A DNA stretch of 64,000 bases from Felis catus. Taxonomy: Eukaryota. How positions within the stretch are numbered: position 1 is the first letter of the stretch; the number at the start of each line of letters is the position of its first letter. The stretch is taken from contig NC_058368.1 in the NCBI RefSeq assembly GCF_018350175.1, positions 76,944,001 to 77,008,000 of the forward strand, given 5' to 3'. Positions 1-11,199 of this stretch are shown in pieces. Below the pieces are notes generated by a model that saw only the letters and a program-made list of their open reading frames with translations, did no database searches and was not told where the DNA came from. Both the position numbers and the translations under genes were made by a program.

Positions 1-499
1 AAAATTCTGAATGTTTCTTTCCACTCTCTTGCTTACATGGTTACTGATGGGAAATCTGATGTAATACTTGTCCTATATGTAAGGTATCTTTTTTTTTTCC
101 TCTCTCTTCTTTCAAAATTTTGTCTCAGTCTTTGGTATTCTGCAGTGTGAGTACAATGTGCCTACGTGTAGATTTTTTGGTATTTATCAGACTTGGTATT
201 TTTTTGAGCTTCTAGAATCCATGGTTTAATTTCTTTCAGTAATTTTGGAAAATTCTAAGTCAGTGTTATTTCAAATATTTTTTCTGCTTTCCCTCTCATG
301 CTTCTCCTTCTGGAATTCCCATTAACTTATGTTACATCTGTTGTAATTGTCCCACAGTTATTAAATATTCTGTTCAATTTTTTTTCATTCTTTTTTCTCT
401 TTCATTTCACTGGGAAGTTTCTATTGACAGATCTTCAAGCTCACTGATTCTTCTTCACCTGTACCTAGTCTACTTCTGGGCCTATTAGAAACATTTTTA

Positions 500-683
500 G
501 GGTACCTGAGTGGCTCAGTTGGTTAAGCATCTGACTTCCACTCAGGTCATGATCTCACAGCTTGTGGGTTTAAGCCCCGTGTCGGGCTCTGTGCTGACAG
601 CTCGGAGCCTGGAGCCTGTCTCTGTCTCCCTCTGTCCCTCTCTTGCTTGTGCTTTGTGTCTCTCTCTCAAAAAATAAAAGAAA
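500..683 (+). mobile_element. Can-SINE (SINEC), older copy
   Basis: ggtacctgagtggctcagttggttaagc head, CT-rich tract, A tail. Confidence 0.93.
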
Positions 684-754
684 ATATTTTTTAAAAAGCA
701 TTTTTCATTTGTTGCACTTGTTTTGATTTTTCAGGTTACCTTTGAGTTTTTCAA

Positions 755-954
755 TGTTTATTTATTTTTGGGACAGAGAGAGACAGAGCATGAACGGGGG
801 AGGGGCAGAGAGAGAGGGAGACACAGAATCGGAAACAGGCTCCAGGTTCTGAGCCATCAGCCCAGAGCCCGACGCGGGGCTCGAACTCACGGACCGCGAG
901 ATCGTGACCTGGCTGAAGTCGGACGCTTAACCGACTGTGCCACCCAGGCGCCCC
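755..954 (-). mobile_element. Young feline Can-SINE (SINEC_Fc-like)
   Basis: Near-consensus body with CpGs intact; flanking repeat acctttgagtttttcaa at 738-754 and 955-971. Confidence 0.97.
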
Positions 955-1199
955 ACCTTTGAGTTTTTCAAGTTCCATCTCTCTGCTTCCATTACTCATC
1001 TGTTCTTGAATGTTATCTATTTTTTTTTTTTATCAGAATGTTTAGCATCTTTATTGTGATTATTTTAAATTCTCAATATGGTAATTCCAACATCTCTGCC
1101 ATATCTGATTCTGGTTCTGATACTTGCCTTGTCTCTTCAGATTTTGGGCTTTTCTTGCCTTTTGGCAGGCCTTGTAATAGTTTGTTAAAATGTAGATAT

Positions 1200-1417
1200 G
1201 GGGCACCTGGGTGCCTCAGTTGGTTAAGTGTCCAACTTTGGTTCAGGTCATGATCTTGCAGTTTGTGAGTTCGAGCTCTGCATCAGGCCCTGTGCTGACA
1301 GTTCAGAGTCTGGAGCCTGCTTCGGATTCTGTGTCTCCCTCTCTCTCTGCTTCTTCCTAGCTTGTGCTCTTTCTCTCTCTCAAAAATAAACATTAAAAAA
1401 AAATAAAAATAAATAAA
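1200..1417 (+). mobile_element. Can-SINE
   Basis: ggggcacctgggtg head, (CT)n, aataaa and A tail. Confidence 0.95.
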
Positions 1418-2457
1418 GTTAGATGTGTTGTATTGGGTGATAGGAATTGAGTAGATCGGCCTTTGGTGTGAAGGTTATTTTTATGTGGCTGAGAGTCAGG
1501 CTGTGTTTACTGTGCTTAGGTATCAGAGACTTCAGTTTACGTGAGTGTCCTGGTTTTTGTCTCTCCATTTTCTTTGGGTTTCCCTAGGAGCTCCTTCCTG
1601 GGTAAAGTCTTGCAGTTTTTTTAGCTGTAACCCCCTTATTATACAAGGAGCCTATTGATTTGGTGGTAAGGGAGTGGGAGGGGAATCATTGTATAATCCT
1701 GTAATTAGGTCCTTAGTGTTTTAGTGAGTCCTACCCCTGGGCCATGACCTTCATAAGAGTTTCTCAGCTTATTTTCCTTCCCCTGAGGTAAGGCAGGAAG
1801 GCTAGAGGGGGCTGGAGTTGGCTAACATTCCTTTCCCCTGGAAGGCTCTAGGGAAGTTTTTTCTCTTGCTGCGTAGGTGTTTGTTGTGACGCATTTCAAA
1901 ATGGTTGCTGTCCCTAGCCCCCACCCCCAGCCAGACAGGAAGGGATTTTTCCCCTATCTTCACCGTAAGAACCTACTGGGGGTCCCGAAGGTAGAACTCT
2001 GTGAAAATGTGGGGGATCCTTACTTACACTGGGCCTTCAGGAGCTCTTAACTCTCAGGTTAATCCATCCTCAGCTTCCAGCAGTTTCTGAGGCACGGGCA
2101 TGTCCCTGCCTGTTCTGGCTTCAGCGGCTTCTGGTTCAGGTCAGCTGTTTTGCGGTCTCTGTCTTCACCTGTCCCTCTAGTTTTCAGGGTAGTGGTTTAT
2201 CCCGTGACCTCGTTTCTCTGGTAAATGTAAGAAAAGTCATTGTTCTGAGGGAGAGAGACATGACTTCCAAGCTTTTGGGTTTTTTTTTTGTTTGTTTGTT
2301 TGTTTACACATTTAAATAATTTTTAAAATTCTCACAAGAATTGCATACCAGTAATCTCCAAATTCACTGTTTCTTTCAGATAACACAATCTTAGAAATGT
2401 ATCTGCACTCTCTCCCCTCTCTGGATTTCTTTCTCCCATTTAATGTGAACAATATAC

Positions 2458-2652
2458 TTTTTATGTTTATTTTTCAGAGATAGAGGAAATGAGTGTGAGC
2501 GGGGGAGGGACAGAGAGAGAGGGAGAGAGAATCTCAAGCAGGCTACACGCTGTTAGCACAGAGCGTGACACAGGGTTCACGAACCCATGAAATCATGACC
2601 TGGGCTAAGATTAAGAGTTGGAAACTTAACCAATGGAGCCACCCAGGTGCCC
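2458..2652 (-). mobile_element. Can-SINE (aagagttgg-type subfamily)
   Basis: Antisense tail, GA tract, body ending cacccaggtgccc. Confidence 0.92.
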
Positions 2653-2746
2653 ACGTGGGGCTCGAACTCACGAACTATGATGACATCATGACACGAGCCA
2701 AAACCAAGACCCGGACGCTTAACCAACTGAGCCACGCAGGTGCCCC
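2653..2746 (-). mobile_element. Can-SINE 5' half only
   Basis: gtggggctcgaactcacgaac...gagccacgcaggtgcccc; no CT tract or tail. Confidence 0.88.
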
Positions 2747-2747
2747 A

Positions 2748-2837
2748 GGACCCTATTTCCAAATAAGGTCACATTCGTGGGTACCAGGGGTCAGGACTTG
2801 AGCACGTCTTTGGGAAACACAGTTCACCCCACAGCAG
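2748..2837 (-). mobile_element. MLT1 (MaLR) LTR fragment
   Basis: ccctatttccaaataaggtcacattc...ggtcaggacttg, same motif as the MLT1 copy at 47070-47120. Confidence 0.8.
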
Positions 2838-3029
2838 TGTCCTAAACAGAGATCTAAACAGAGGGCTGTGGTTGTGGGGATGGCAAGATAATTAACCGTG
2901 GGACATCCCTTTGCTACCTCTTTTGTCGTCTGAAGAACTTGGATTCAAATACTCACTGGCTGCAAAGCTGGCACAAGAGCTCTGTCACCCCTCAGTCTCA
3001 GAGTACTTATCTGTACGTGGACATTAACT

Positions 3030-3160
3030 GGGACAAGTGTGGCCCCACACAAGCAGCCTGGGCATCACCTCGTGAAAAATGCTAAAGTCAGGCCCCAGCC
3101 CAGACCACTTGAGCTGGAGTTTGCATTTAAACCAAATCTCTAGATGACTCAGAAGCACAG
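3030..3160. mobile_element. MER5-like hAT-Charlie DNA transposon fragment
   Basis: agcagcctgggcatcacct...aaatgc...ggccccagcccagacc...ttgcattt. Confidence 0.65.
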
Positions 3161-3330
3161 TGACGTGTGAGGGGCACTTAGCACGGTCCTTGGGGCATAA
3201 TAATCTGCCAATAAATGCTAACCGCCCCCCGCCCCCGACACTATAAAGGCCCTTCAGTAAAACAGCTGAGTTTACATTTAATTTCACAACTTTAGATGGA
3301 AACAAGAGAGAAGGGACAAGAGTAGGCCAT

Positions 3331-3552
3331 TTTTTTTTTAATTTTTTTTTTTTCAACATTTATTTTTGGGACAGAGTGAGACACAGCATGAGCGGGGGAG
3401 GGGCAGAGAGAGAGGGAGACACAGAATCTGAAACAGGCTCCAGGCTCTGAGCCATCAGCCCAGAGCCCGACGCGGGGCTCGAACTCCCGGACTGCGAGAT
3501 CGTGACCTGGCTGAAGTCGGACGCTTAACCGACTGCGCCACCCAGGCGCCCC
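3331..3552 (-). mobile_element. Young feline Can-SINE
   Basis: Near-consensus; TSD aagagtaggccattttt starting at 3318 and 3553. Confidence 0.97.
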
Positions 3553-3685
3553 AAGAGTAGGCCATTTTTAAACTACCCCAAAAGAAACTGGTTAACTAGC
3601 AATAGGCTGGTAGTAAAATGTTAACTCTTAGGGCACGTGGAATATCTCAAAAAAAATTTTTTTTAATTAAAGAAAATATTGTTCA

Positions 3686-3732
3686 GGGCACCTTGGTGGC
3701 TCCATTGGTTAAGCTTCCAAGCTTGAGGTCAT
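3686..3732 (+). mobile_element. Can-SINE head fragment
   Basis: gggcaccttggtggctccattggttaagc...aggtcat, then abruptly ends. Confidence 0.7.
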
Positions 3733-3829
3733 TTCTACTAGAAACTAGTAGAAACAATACAACACCTCGGTGTTCCATGTTTCTGAATGGATGGTCGTCG
3801 GGAAGGTTTGGTGGCTGCTGAGAACACTT

Positions 3830-4049
3830 AAAAAAAAATTTTTTTTAAAGTTTATTTATTTTTGAGACAGAGAGAGACAGAATATGAATGGGGGAGGGTC
3901 AGAGAGAGAGGGAGACACAGAATCTGAAACAGGCTCCAGGCTCTGAGCTGTCAGCACAGAGCCTGACGCGGGGCTCGAACTCACAGACTGCGAGATCAAG
4001 ACCCGAGCTGAAGTCGGATGCTCACCTGACTGAACCACCCAGGCACCCC
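3830..4049 (-). mobile_element. Can-SINE
   Basis: Full body; TSD tgctgagaacactt on both sides. Confidence 0.96.
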
Positions 4050-4569
4050 ATGCTGAGAACACTTTAGACCTTCTCCAGCCCTTGTCCTACTTTGCTGTTC
4101 ATTTTGCTTGAGAGAATCCGAAAAAAAATAATGGCGTTTACGTCATGAAAGTAAATCAGCTATATTGTATGTTAGAGCAGAGAAGCCCCTGGTTTGCTTT
4201 TCTCCTCAAATACTTTTCGAAGCAAAGCTCTATTTTCCAAGCCCGACAAAATCTTCTCCACAGGAAGAGTCTTGTCCACGTGTAGTTAATTGCCTAGATA
4301 TTTACTTGAGAACTGGATCAAGTGTTTATCATCTGACGACGTTGTGACAGTTAAAAAAGACAAATCTTTGGGTTTGTTTCTATTGGTTCCCCCAAAGAGT
4401 CTGAGCTGCAGGAAGTTAAAATTCAATGCCAGGTTTTATTTCATGATCTTCCCAAAACAAATACAGCATTTTGGCTTTATCTGGCCTCTAGCGAAGATCA
4501 AGGAGACTGGGAATGAGTTTTCCTTCTTCACTCCCCTCTAAAAATTGTTAGTAGTAGGAAAAAAAATGT

Positions 4570-4880
4570 GGGTGCTGGTGGCTGCCTGGAAGCTGTCGGC
4601 TGTATCACCTACATGTGGCCTCTTCGTGTGGCCCAGGCTTCCTCACAACATGGCGGCCTCATGCCAGCTCGGTGCCCCAATGGGAGCGACCCAAGAATGA
4701 AGGGCGAAGCCAGCCAGCCTTTTCTCTCCTGCCTTCATGAGCTGTGCTGCACACCAAATGCCACATGCTGTTGGTTACAAGTCACCCAGGGCAGCCTAGA
4801 TGTAAGGTGAGGTGACGATTCTCCCCCTCTTGACCAGGGTCTGAGGAGTGGGCAGGTATCTCGTACAAATTGTCGCAATA
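4570..4880 (-). mobile_element. Old MLT1-family LTR fragment
   Basis: cacctacatgtggcctc...ggcttcctcacaacatggcggc...ccacatgctgttggttacaagtcac. Confidence 0.7.
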
Positions 4881-5565
4881 CCCTTTACGAGTAATCCACG
4901 TTTCACACAACGTGCAATGAAATTGGCCCTGCATTTTAGCTGAGGACGTTCAGCACAGTTTCTGCCTGAGCGGCGCCAAGACACCACGCCTGCCTGGCGC
5001 TCGCGTTCCTCCATCCTCAACTCCGCAAGGAAGGGCCCCAGAGGCCGCCACCCCTTCGCAGAGCTGTGATTTTCTGCTTCTTCCTGCAGCTTCACCATCG
5101 AAACCTTAGAGGTCGTGGTTTGAATTCCTCAGACGTTCCTCTGGGAGGAGGCTGTTGTTCTGCCGCCTAGAGCCGTCCAGGGCAGAAAGAGGCAGACAAC
5201 ACGTCTGATCTGATCTCAGTCCTTCTACCCACTTCTTTCCTATTGTGATTACTAGCAGACAAAGCTGCCGGGTACTGCGAGTGCTGGAGGCCGCTTCTTG
5301 GCCTCCTTTGCTCTTCATGCAGCAACCGTAGCCACGGAATATCCTTAGACTCCCTTTGAGGGGTCTGCTCAGGCCCACCCCTCACCGTGGAGGCGTCTTT
5401 CTGCTAGAGGTCTAAGGCTGTGAGCCCGTGAAGCAGAGTTGGTGTGGTTATCAAACTAGAAAGCAGTCAGGGCTCGGGGGGAGGCCTGACTCACTGAAGT
5501 GCTACATGAAGCATATTGGCACAGACAGACCAACAACCGGACAAACTGGGAGGATGTCACAAATA

Positions 5566-6606
5566 CAGTAAGACCTGGGATCGCGAGTAACTTGTTCTGC
5601 GAAGGTTCCACAAGACGAGCAAACATTTCTAATACATTTTAACTTGATAAACGAGGGATGTCTTGCAATAGGAGTCGTACGTGACGTCGAAAGTCACATG
5701 ATCACAACTGAGCCCGTGGTTCTCTCTCTCTCTCTCTCCGGGATTGTGGGTGATCGTCTCTCATGCTCGGTCTCAGGCCACAGCGTTTGGGAGAAATCAG
5801 TGATTTTTCAGGACGTTCGAAGGTGTCCACACCTGGCACTGGTGTATTTTTGGTCACTTCAGAGCACCTAGGGACAGTCCTTTGCTTTTCCGTGCAAGAA
5901 TGAGCTTGGGAATGCTTTGCTCTGTTCTAGGTCAGGCTGCCCTTTCCTCTGCTGCCTTATTGCCACTTACATTAAATACAGTACATGACAATGGTTTGTG
6001 AATACCGTACCGTAGCATATACAATGGCCCCCATGCAGAAAAAGATTCCATGGGCCAATCGACAGCAGTGATTCCATTAGTGATAGTGAAAGCCTCTCTA
6101 CACAATAACCCTCCTCTCTCTTGTCTCCCTCGCACCAGCCGTAAGGGTTTTCAAAGGGAAGTGCCGCTTAATTTGTTTATTTTTCTTTATATTTTGTATT
6201 CTCCTTATTATTGTATATTACAGTATTGTAATCATTTTTAAAAAATTTTTTAATGTTTATTTAGTTTTGAGACAGAGAGAGAGAGAGAGAGCGAGTGGGA
6301 GAGGGGCAAGAGGGAGACACAGAATCTGTAGCAGGCTCCAGGCTCCAAGCTGTCAGCACAGAGCCTGAAGTGGGCCTCGAACTCAGGAACTGTGAGATCA
6401 TGACCTGAGCCGAAGTCAGACACTTAATGGACTAAGCCACCAGCCCTAGTATTGTAATCATTTTTACATGAATATTTTTGGGTTGTGGAATGAATCATCT
6501 GAGTGTTCCATTATTTCTTATAGGGAAATCTGCTTTGATATACAAATGCTTTGTATTACAAGCATGCTTCTGGAATGAATTAGGCTTGCAACCCAGGGTT
6601 TTACTA
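5566..6606. mobile_element. Tigger-like (Tc1/mariner) non-autonomous DNA transposon carrying a nested SINE
   Basis: Imperfect TIRs: left cagtaagacctgggatcgcgag, right (reverse complement) tagtaaaaccctgggttgcaag; TA at 5564-5565 and 6607-6608. Confidence 0.8.
6241..6446 (-). mobile_element. Can-SINE inserted in the Tigger-like element
   Basis: 19-bp TSD agtattgtaatcattttta at 6222-6240 and 6448-6466. Confidence 0.96.
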
Positions 6607-6608
6607 TA

Positions 6609-6684
6609 CTAAAAAAATACGTTGTTTATCTGAAATTCAGATTTAACAGGATGACCTGAATTTTTATTTCCTAAATCTCCTAAC
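6609..6684. mobile_element. MER53-like hAT MITE half
   Basis: cgttgtttatctgaaattcagatttaac...tttttatttcctaaatct matches recalled MER53 arm. Confidence 0.7.
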
Positions 6685-6794
6685 ACTAACGACGTAGCCT
6701 TCCTGTTTTTCTTGCACGCCAAGGTAGTTCTTGCCACAGCCCTGAACTGTGGGGGCCTCCTGATTATACTTTAGGGACAGCACAGAAATCCCTT

Positions 6795-7033
6795 TGGATT
6801 TGCCAAAGTGGCCTCCTCCGCCTGGGACATTGGGATCATCCCACCAGCTCTGCAAGACAATCCCTTTCCCGCATGGCATATCGCAAAAGTCGGGAATCTG
6901 TTTGCTGTTTGGTGGGAAAATGTACATCTCAGTGTAATTTTAATAGTTCTTGTTCTCATGGGTGAGGGTGAGCATTCTTTCATATGTGTAAGGGTTGTTC
7001 GCATATGATGAGCAGTCTGTGAGCAGTCTATAT

Positions 7034-7072
<39 letters not shown>

Positions 7073-8800
7073 GTCAAGTTTTTGTTTCTTCCCTCAATTT
7101 CTAGGAACTCTTTCATATCAGAAAGCTCGGTCCTTCCTTCATCCCAGACTGACTGAATGTACTTCCTCCCAGTTTATTGACACTACTGTGTCTTTTGTTT
7201 ATCGATGGCTATTGTTGTCTCCTGAATCTGTTATCTGCTTACAGGTGAATTAAAATCTCTCCCTGTGAATATTGCTGCTGGGTATTTAATGTCCTTCATG
7301 TTATTTCTAATGGTTTGGGGGCAGGATTCTCCTCTGTGTCACATATCAGGGTTTTTTTTGTGTTTTTTTTGTTGTTGTTGTTTTTTCTGGATTTGCTTCG
7401 TTGTACTTTGCTTATCTCTTTACCTGAACTGAACCACTTTTATGGGGTGTGCCTTTTGTGCACAGCATAGAGTTGGATTTTGCTTTGTGATAAAATCTGA
7501 AGATCTTTCTCTTTTAATAAGTGATTTAATCCTATTTTCATTTAATGATTAACAGATAGGTTTGGTATTATCTCTGTCCCTTTACTTTGTGTTGTACTCC
7601 AGTTTCTAGTGTATTTTTTAAAAGTCTTTCACTATGTGATTTGTTTTCTTTGCTTTTTGTATATAGAGTCTTTGTATTTAAGGTATATAGTCCCATTTTA
7701 TTGGCTACTTTTATAAATATAACGTTACCTATACTTTTACTCCTTCATTTTTTAGGCGGCATAGATGACATTAGAATCCTCCCCCTCCCTCTTTTTTTTC
7801 TATAACCTGATTGTGGCAATCATTATGTATTTTTCAGTATTTACATTTGAGCAGTATGGTCGGCTTATGCAGACTCCCAGTGATCGTCCAGGGATTCCCT
7901 CTCCTTCCACTTCTGATCCCGCCTGGCCTGTGGTCCTGTGACCTCCCCATCCGTGTGCAAGGCATGCACATTCCTGTCCTCACCCTTTATCACCGCGGCC
8001 GCCTACAGAGCCAGCCTTGCGGCAATGCTTTGGGTGGACTGAAGTTCATCCTCTGAGAGTTCCTCAGAACGTCTCGTGGGACTCGTGGTCTCTGCGTCTG
8101 TGTACTTCAAAAATGCCTGTCGCTTATGTCTTTGAAAGACAGCTTGGTTGGAGATAAAATCCTTGTGTCCTGGGCTGTTTTTGTTGTTCCTCTATTTTTA
8201 ATCTCAGAGTTACTTCCACATTGTTTTCTGGGGTTGACCGTTGCTGGAAAGAAATCAAAAGCCACACTGATCGTTTTACCAACCCGCCGCCCAAGGAATC
8301 TGACTTCATCCTTAAGGCCAGGTCACCTCACTAGGATGTGTATGTTCCTTGAAGATTCTCATCAGTTTCTCAAACGTAGTGGATGCTTTTCTCATTTGGA
8401 ATTGTGCATTCTTTTATGTTGGAAAAATTTTTTTTATTATGTATTGAAATATATGTCTCATTTTATGGTTGCTGTTATTATTGTCATTATGAGTAGGGAG
8501 AGTCTAGCCGCTCAGATGTTGTTTTCTGTTGTAGTTTTTCATCTCTTATCTTCTCTCTGATCCTTCTAAACTTTTAATTTCCATTCTTTGTTCACTTTTC
8601 TCTTTCCTATCTCTGTTTCTCTACGTTTTTATTATCTCTTGTCCCTTGTTTGCCTTTCAAGTGATCTTCATTTCTGTATGATTCATTTATTTGTGTTTTT
8701 GTTTAGTCTTGCCATTACTTACAGTCTTGTGTTTCTCTTATGGGGTCTTTCTTCATAGAGACTTTTCCCTTTGTTTAAGAATGAGAATGTTTCTTAGTTA
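6795..8800 (-). mobile_element. Patchwork of ancient L1ME/L1M (or HAL1) fragments
   Basis: T-rich antisense L1-like motifs (ttgccaaagtgg, gtgagggtgagcattctttcatatg, cagcatagagttggattttgc, ttgaaagacagcttggttggagataaaatcctt). Confidence 0.6.
7036..7070. repeat. (TG)n microsatellite
   Basis: Perfect dinucleotide run. Confidence 0.98.
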
Positions 8801-8829
8801 CTGGTATTAAATAATCTCTGATATATTTT

Positions 8830-9090
8830 CAGTGAAAAAAAAAAAGCCAACAGGCGGAGCTCTATGTCACTGATTGTGTAAAAAAGGGAAAAGAGAAAGA
8901 AGAAATGTAAATGTGTTTGTGTATGTATATAACATATTTCTGAAATAACATTCGAGAGATGGTGACATTGTGGGCCTTTGGCAAAAGGGAGACTTTTTGT
9001 CATTGGTATGCCTCTTGTAACGTTTGTAGTTTGAACCATATGAATGTATGATCACTTCAGATGAAATGAACTTGATACAAATGAAAATAA
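8830..9090 (+). mobile_element. L1ME-type 3' end fragment
   Basis: gggagactttt...tttgaaccatatgaatgtat then A-rich end. Confidence 0.55.
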
Positions 9091-9129
9091 AACTGAGGGC
9101 AGCTGGAAATACATGTGTTTGTTTTTAAA

Positions 9130-9355
9130 GTGTTTTTTAAAAATTTTCAAAATGTTTTTATTTTTGAGAGTGACAGTAACAGAGTGCAATCAGGGGAAGG
9201 GCAGAGAGAGAGGGAGACAGAGAATTGTAAGCAGGCTCCAGGCTCCAAGCTGTCAGCACAGAGCCCCACACGGGGTTCGACCTCACGAACTGTGAGAACG
9301 TGACATGCGTGAGTTGAAGTTGGATGCTCAACCGACTGAGCCACCCAGGCGCCCC
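9130..9355 (-). mobile_element. Can-SINE
   Basis: Full antisense body ending cacccaggcgcccc. Confidence 0.95.
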
Positions 9356-9387
9356 TGTATGTGTTAGTTTTTAAAATAAGGACTAAA

Positions 9388-9617
9388 GGGGCACCTGGGT
9401 GGCTCAGTCAGTTAAGGGTCTAACTCTTGGTTCAGCTCAGGTCATGATCTCACGGCTCATGAGTTTGAACCCTACATTGGGCTCTGCGCTGACTGTGTGG
9501 AGTCTGCTTGGGATTCTCTTCCTCTCTCACTGCCCCTCCCCTGGGCAACGTGCTGGGAAACTCATGCTTTCTCTCTCTCACTCAAAATAAATAAACAACA
9601 AAAAAAATTTTTTTAAT
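9388..9617 (+). mobile_element. Can-SINE
   Basis: TSD aaaataaggactaaa at 9373-9387 and 9618-9632. Confidence 0.95.
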
Positions 9618-9859
9618 AAAATAAGGACTAAAAATAACATTAGCAAGATGTCCCCTGCTCTATCAGACATTCAGATGTTCCATCGAATTCTAGAACTAAG
9701 TGGGTTTAGGCCAACGTGAGAGCCACAGGTGAATGGGGTAGAATAGAAAAGGAAGACGTGTCCTTGCCCTGCACAGAGCTCAGCCCCACATGGGCCCAGA
9801 TCCCATTCTCTCATTCCTGCCTCATCCCCTGTCATCCACTTGGTTAATTTCTTCTTTCT

Positions 9860-11168
9860 CCCGGGTTAGTTCATCAGTGTACAAACATGATGAATTAGCC
9901 CCCATTAAAGACAAACAAAGCTCCTGACTCTAGGGATGTACTTCTCCAGGCACTTCTGAAGATGCCTGTTTTTACTGTTTCTGGTGTCTTCACCCCTATT
10001 CTCTTCAACTGAGAACTCCTCCACAGCAACACCTCCTCCCTGCTGCCACTGACTCGAACCCTTCTGCAGCAGCTTTGAAAGAGCTGACCTCCCTTCCTTC
10101 CTAAAACACTCTCCCTTCTGGGCCTCAGGGCACTGCACCCGGGCCTCCGGCACTGGCCTGTCCTCTGCCTTTCCCTTCCCTTCCCCACCCTCTGAGCTAA
10201 CTTCTCATTTACCCTTTCTCCCCTGGAGGCCCTCCCTGCAGACCGCATGAATGCTAATGACCCTCCCAAACTTGTATTTCCAGCTGGAACTTTCCTCCTG
10301 AGGGAGGTCCTACGCCCACTTAATGCCACCACTTGACAGGTAGAAAGAATTTCTTATTTAAAACAAACATATTTAAAACAAGGCTCTGGCTGTTCCTACC
10401 TGGAACTTTGCGCATCACCAGTTTTTACCACCTCAGTTACCATCTCTCTTCTCTTGCGGCCGGTGAATCACCAAGTCCTGTAAGCTTGAACGTGGCTACA
10501 CGCCTTGAGTCTGATCCCTTCCGATCCTCCTGGGAACGGCCGCCTCCCTCTCTCTTGGATGACTCCTCACTGGCCTGTTTCAGTCCTCCACACACTGCTC
10601 CACAAGCAGTGGAAATCCGACCACCCTCCCTAGCTACAAATCTTCATTCCGTGGCCTGCACAGACCCCCATCTAAATCTCTGAACTTCTGCTCACTTATT
10701 TCTGTCCAGCTGCTTTGGCCTTTTTGCTCCCCCCACCCAAATACCAAGCCTATTCCTGCCCCAGTGCCTTTGCGTTTGCTGTGTTCTACCCCCAGACTTT
10801 CACAGGTTCTTTTCTGTACTACATGTGGGCACCCCTTGCATTATTCATGTTCCTTTTGCATCTTTCAGGTGTCTGCTCAATTGTCATTCTTCACACAGGC
10901 CTGCTCTGACCACTTTTGCTGAGAAAGCTGTCCTGTCTTCTTCTCCACGCGGTTGCTCTACTGCATTATTTGGCATTGTTCCTCTTCTTCCTACTTATCA
11001 CAATTTGTTCATGGCCTGTGCCTATTACTTGACCAGAAGCCAGAAAAAGCAGGGATCTCATCCATTTCATGCAGTAATGTATCACTTGTGCCTAAAACAG
11101 AGCCTAGAATATAGTATTTGCTCAATAAAGATTAGTTGAATGAATACGGGAAAGAATGAGTGAATGAA
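9860..11168 (+). mobile_element. LINE-2 (L2) 3' portion
   Basis: Pyrimidine-rich L2-like text ending in tgctcaataaagattagttgaatgaat...gaatgagtgaatgaat. Confidence 0.8.
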
Positions 11169-11199
11169 TACTCACATGTGAACTTGTTTATGTAAAAAA

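Larger units (their letters stand above)
1..2275 (-). mobile_element. Ancient L1M-type LINE-1 fragment (5' region/ORF1), interrupted by three SINEs
   Basis: T-rich antisense L1-like text (gaaatctgatgtaatacttg, tcttcaagctcactgattctt, gtgacctcgtttctctg...gacttccaagct) resembling recalled L1M 5'/ORF1 consensus. Confidence 0.75.

Noticed and set aside
723..962. Recurrent GQRETEHERGRGRERGRHRIGNRLQ and MAQSV...AQVMIS ORFs across the window
   Set aside because: All are Can-SINE translations, not a gene family
2276..2457. Possible processed-pseudogene 3' end (T tract followed by unique sequence)
   Set aside because: No polyadenylation signal or TSD on the minus strand; the T/GTTT run fits slippage at the end of the L1 fragment
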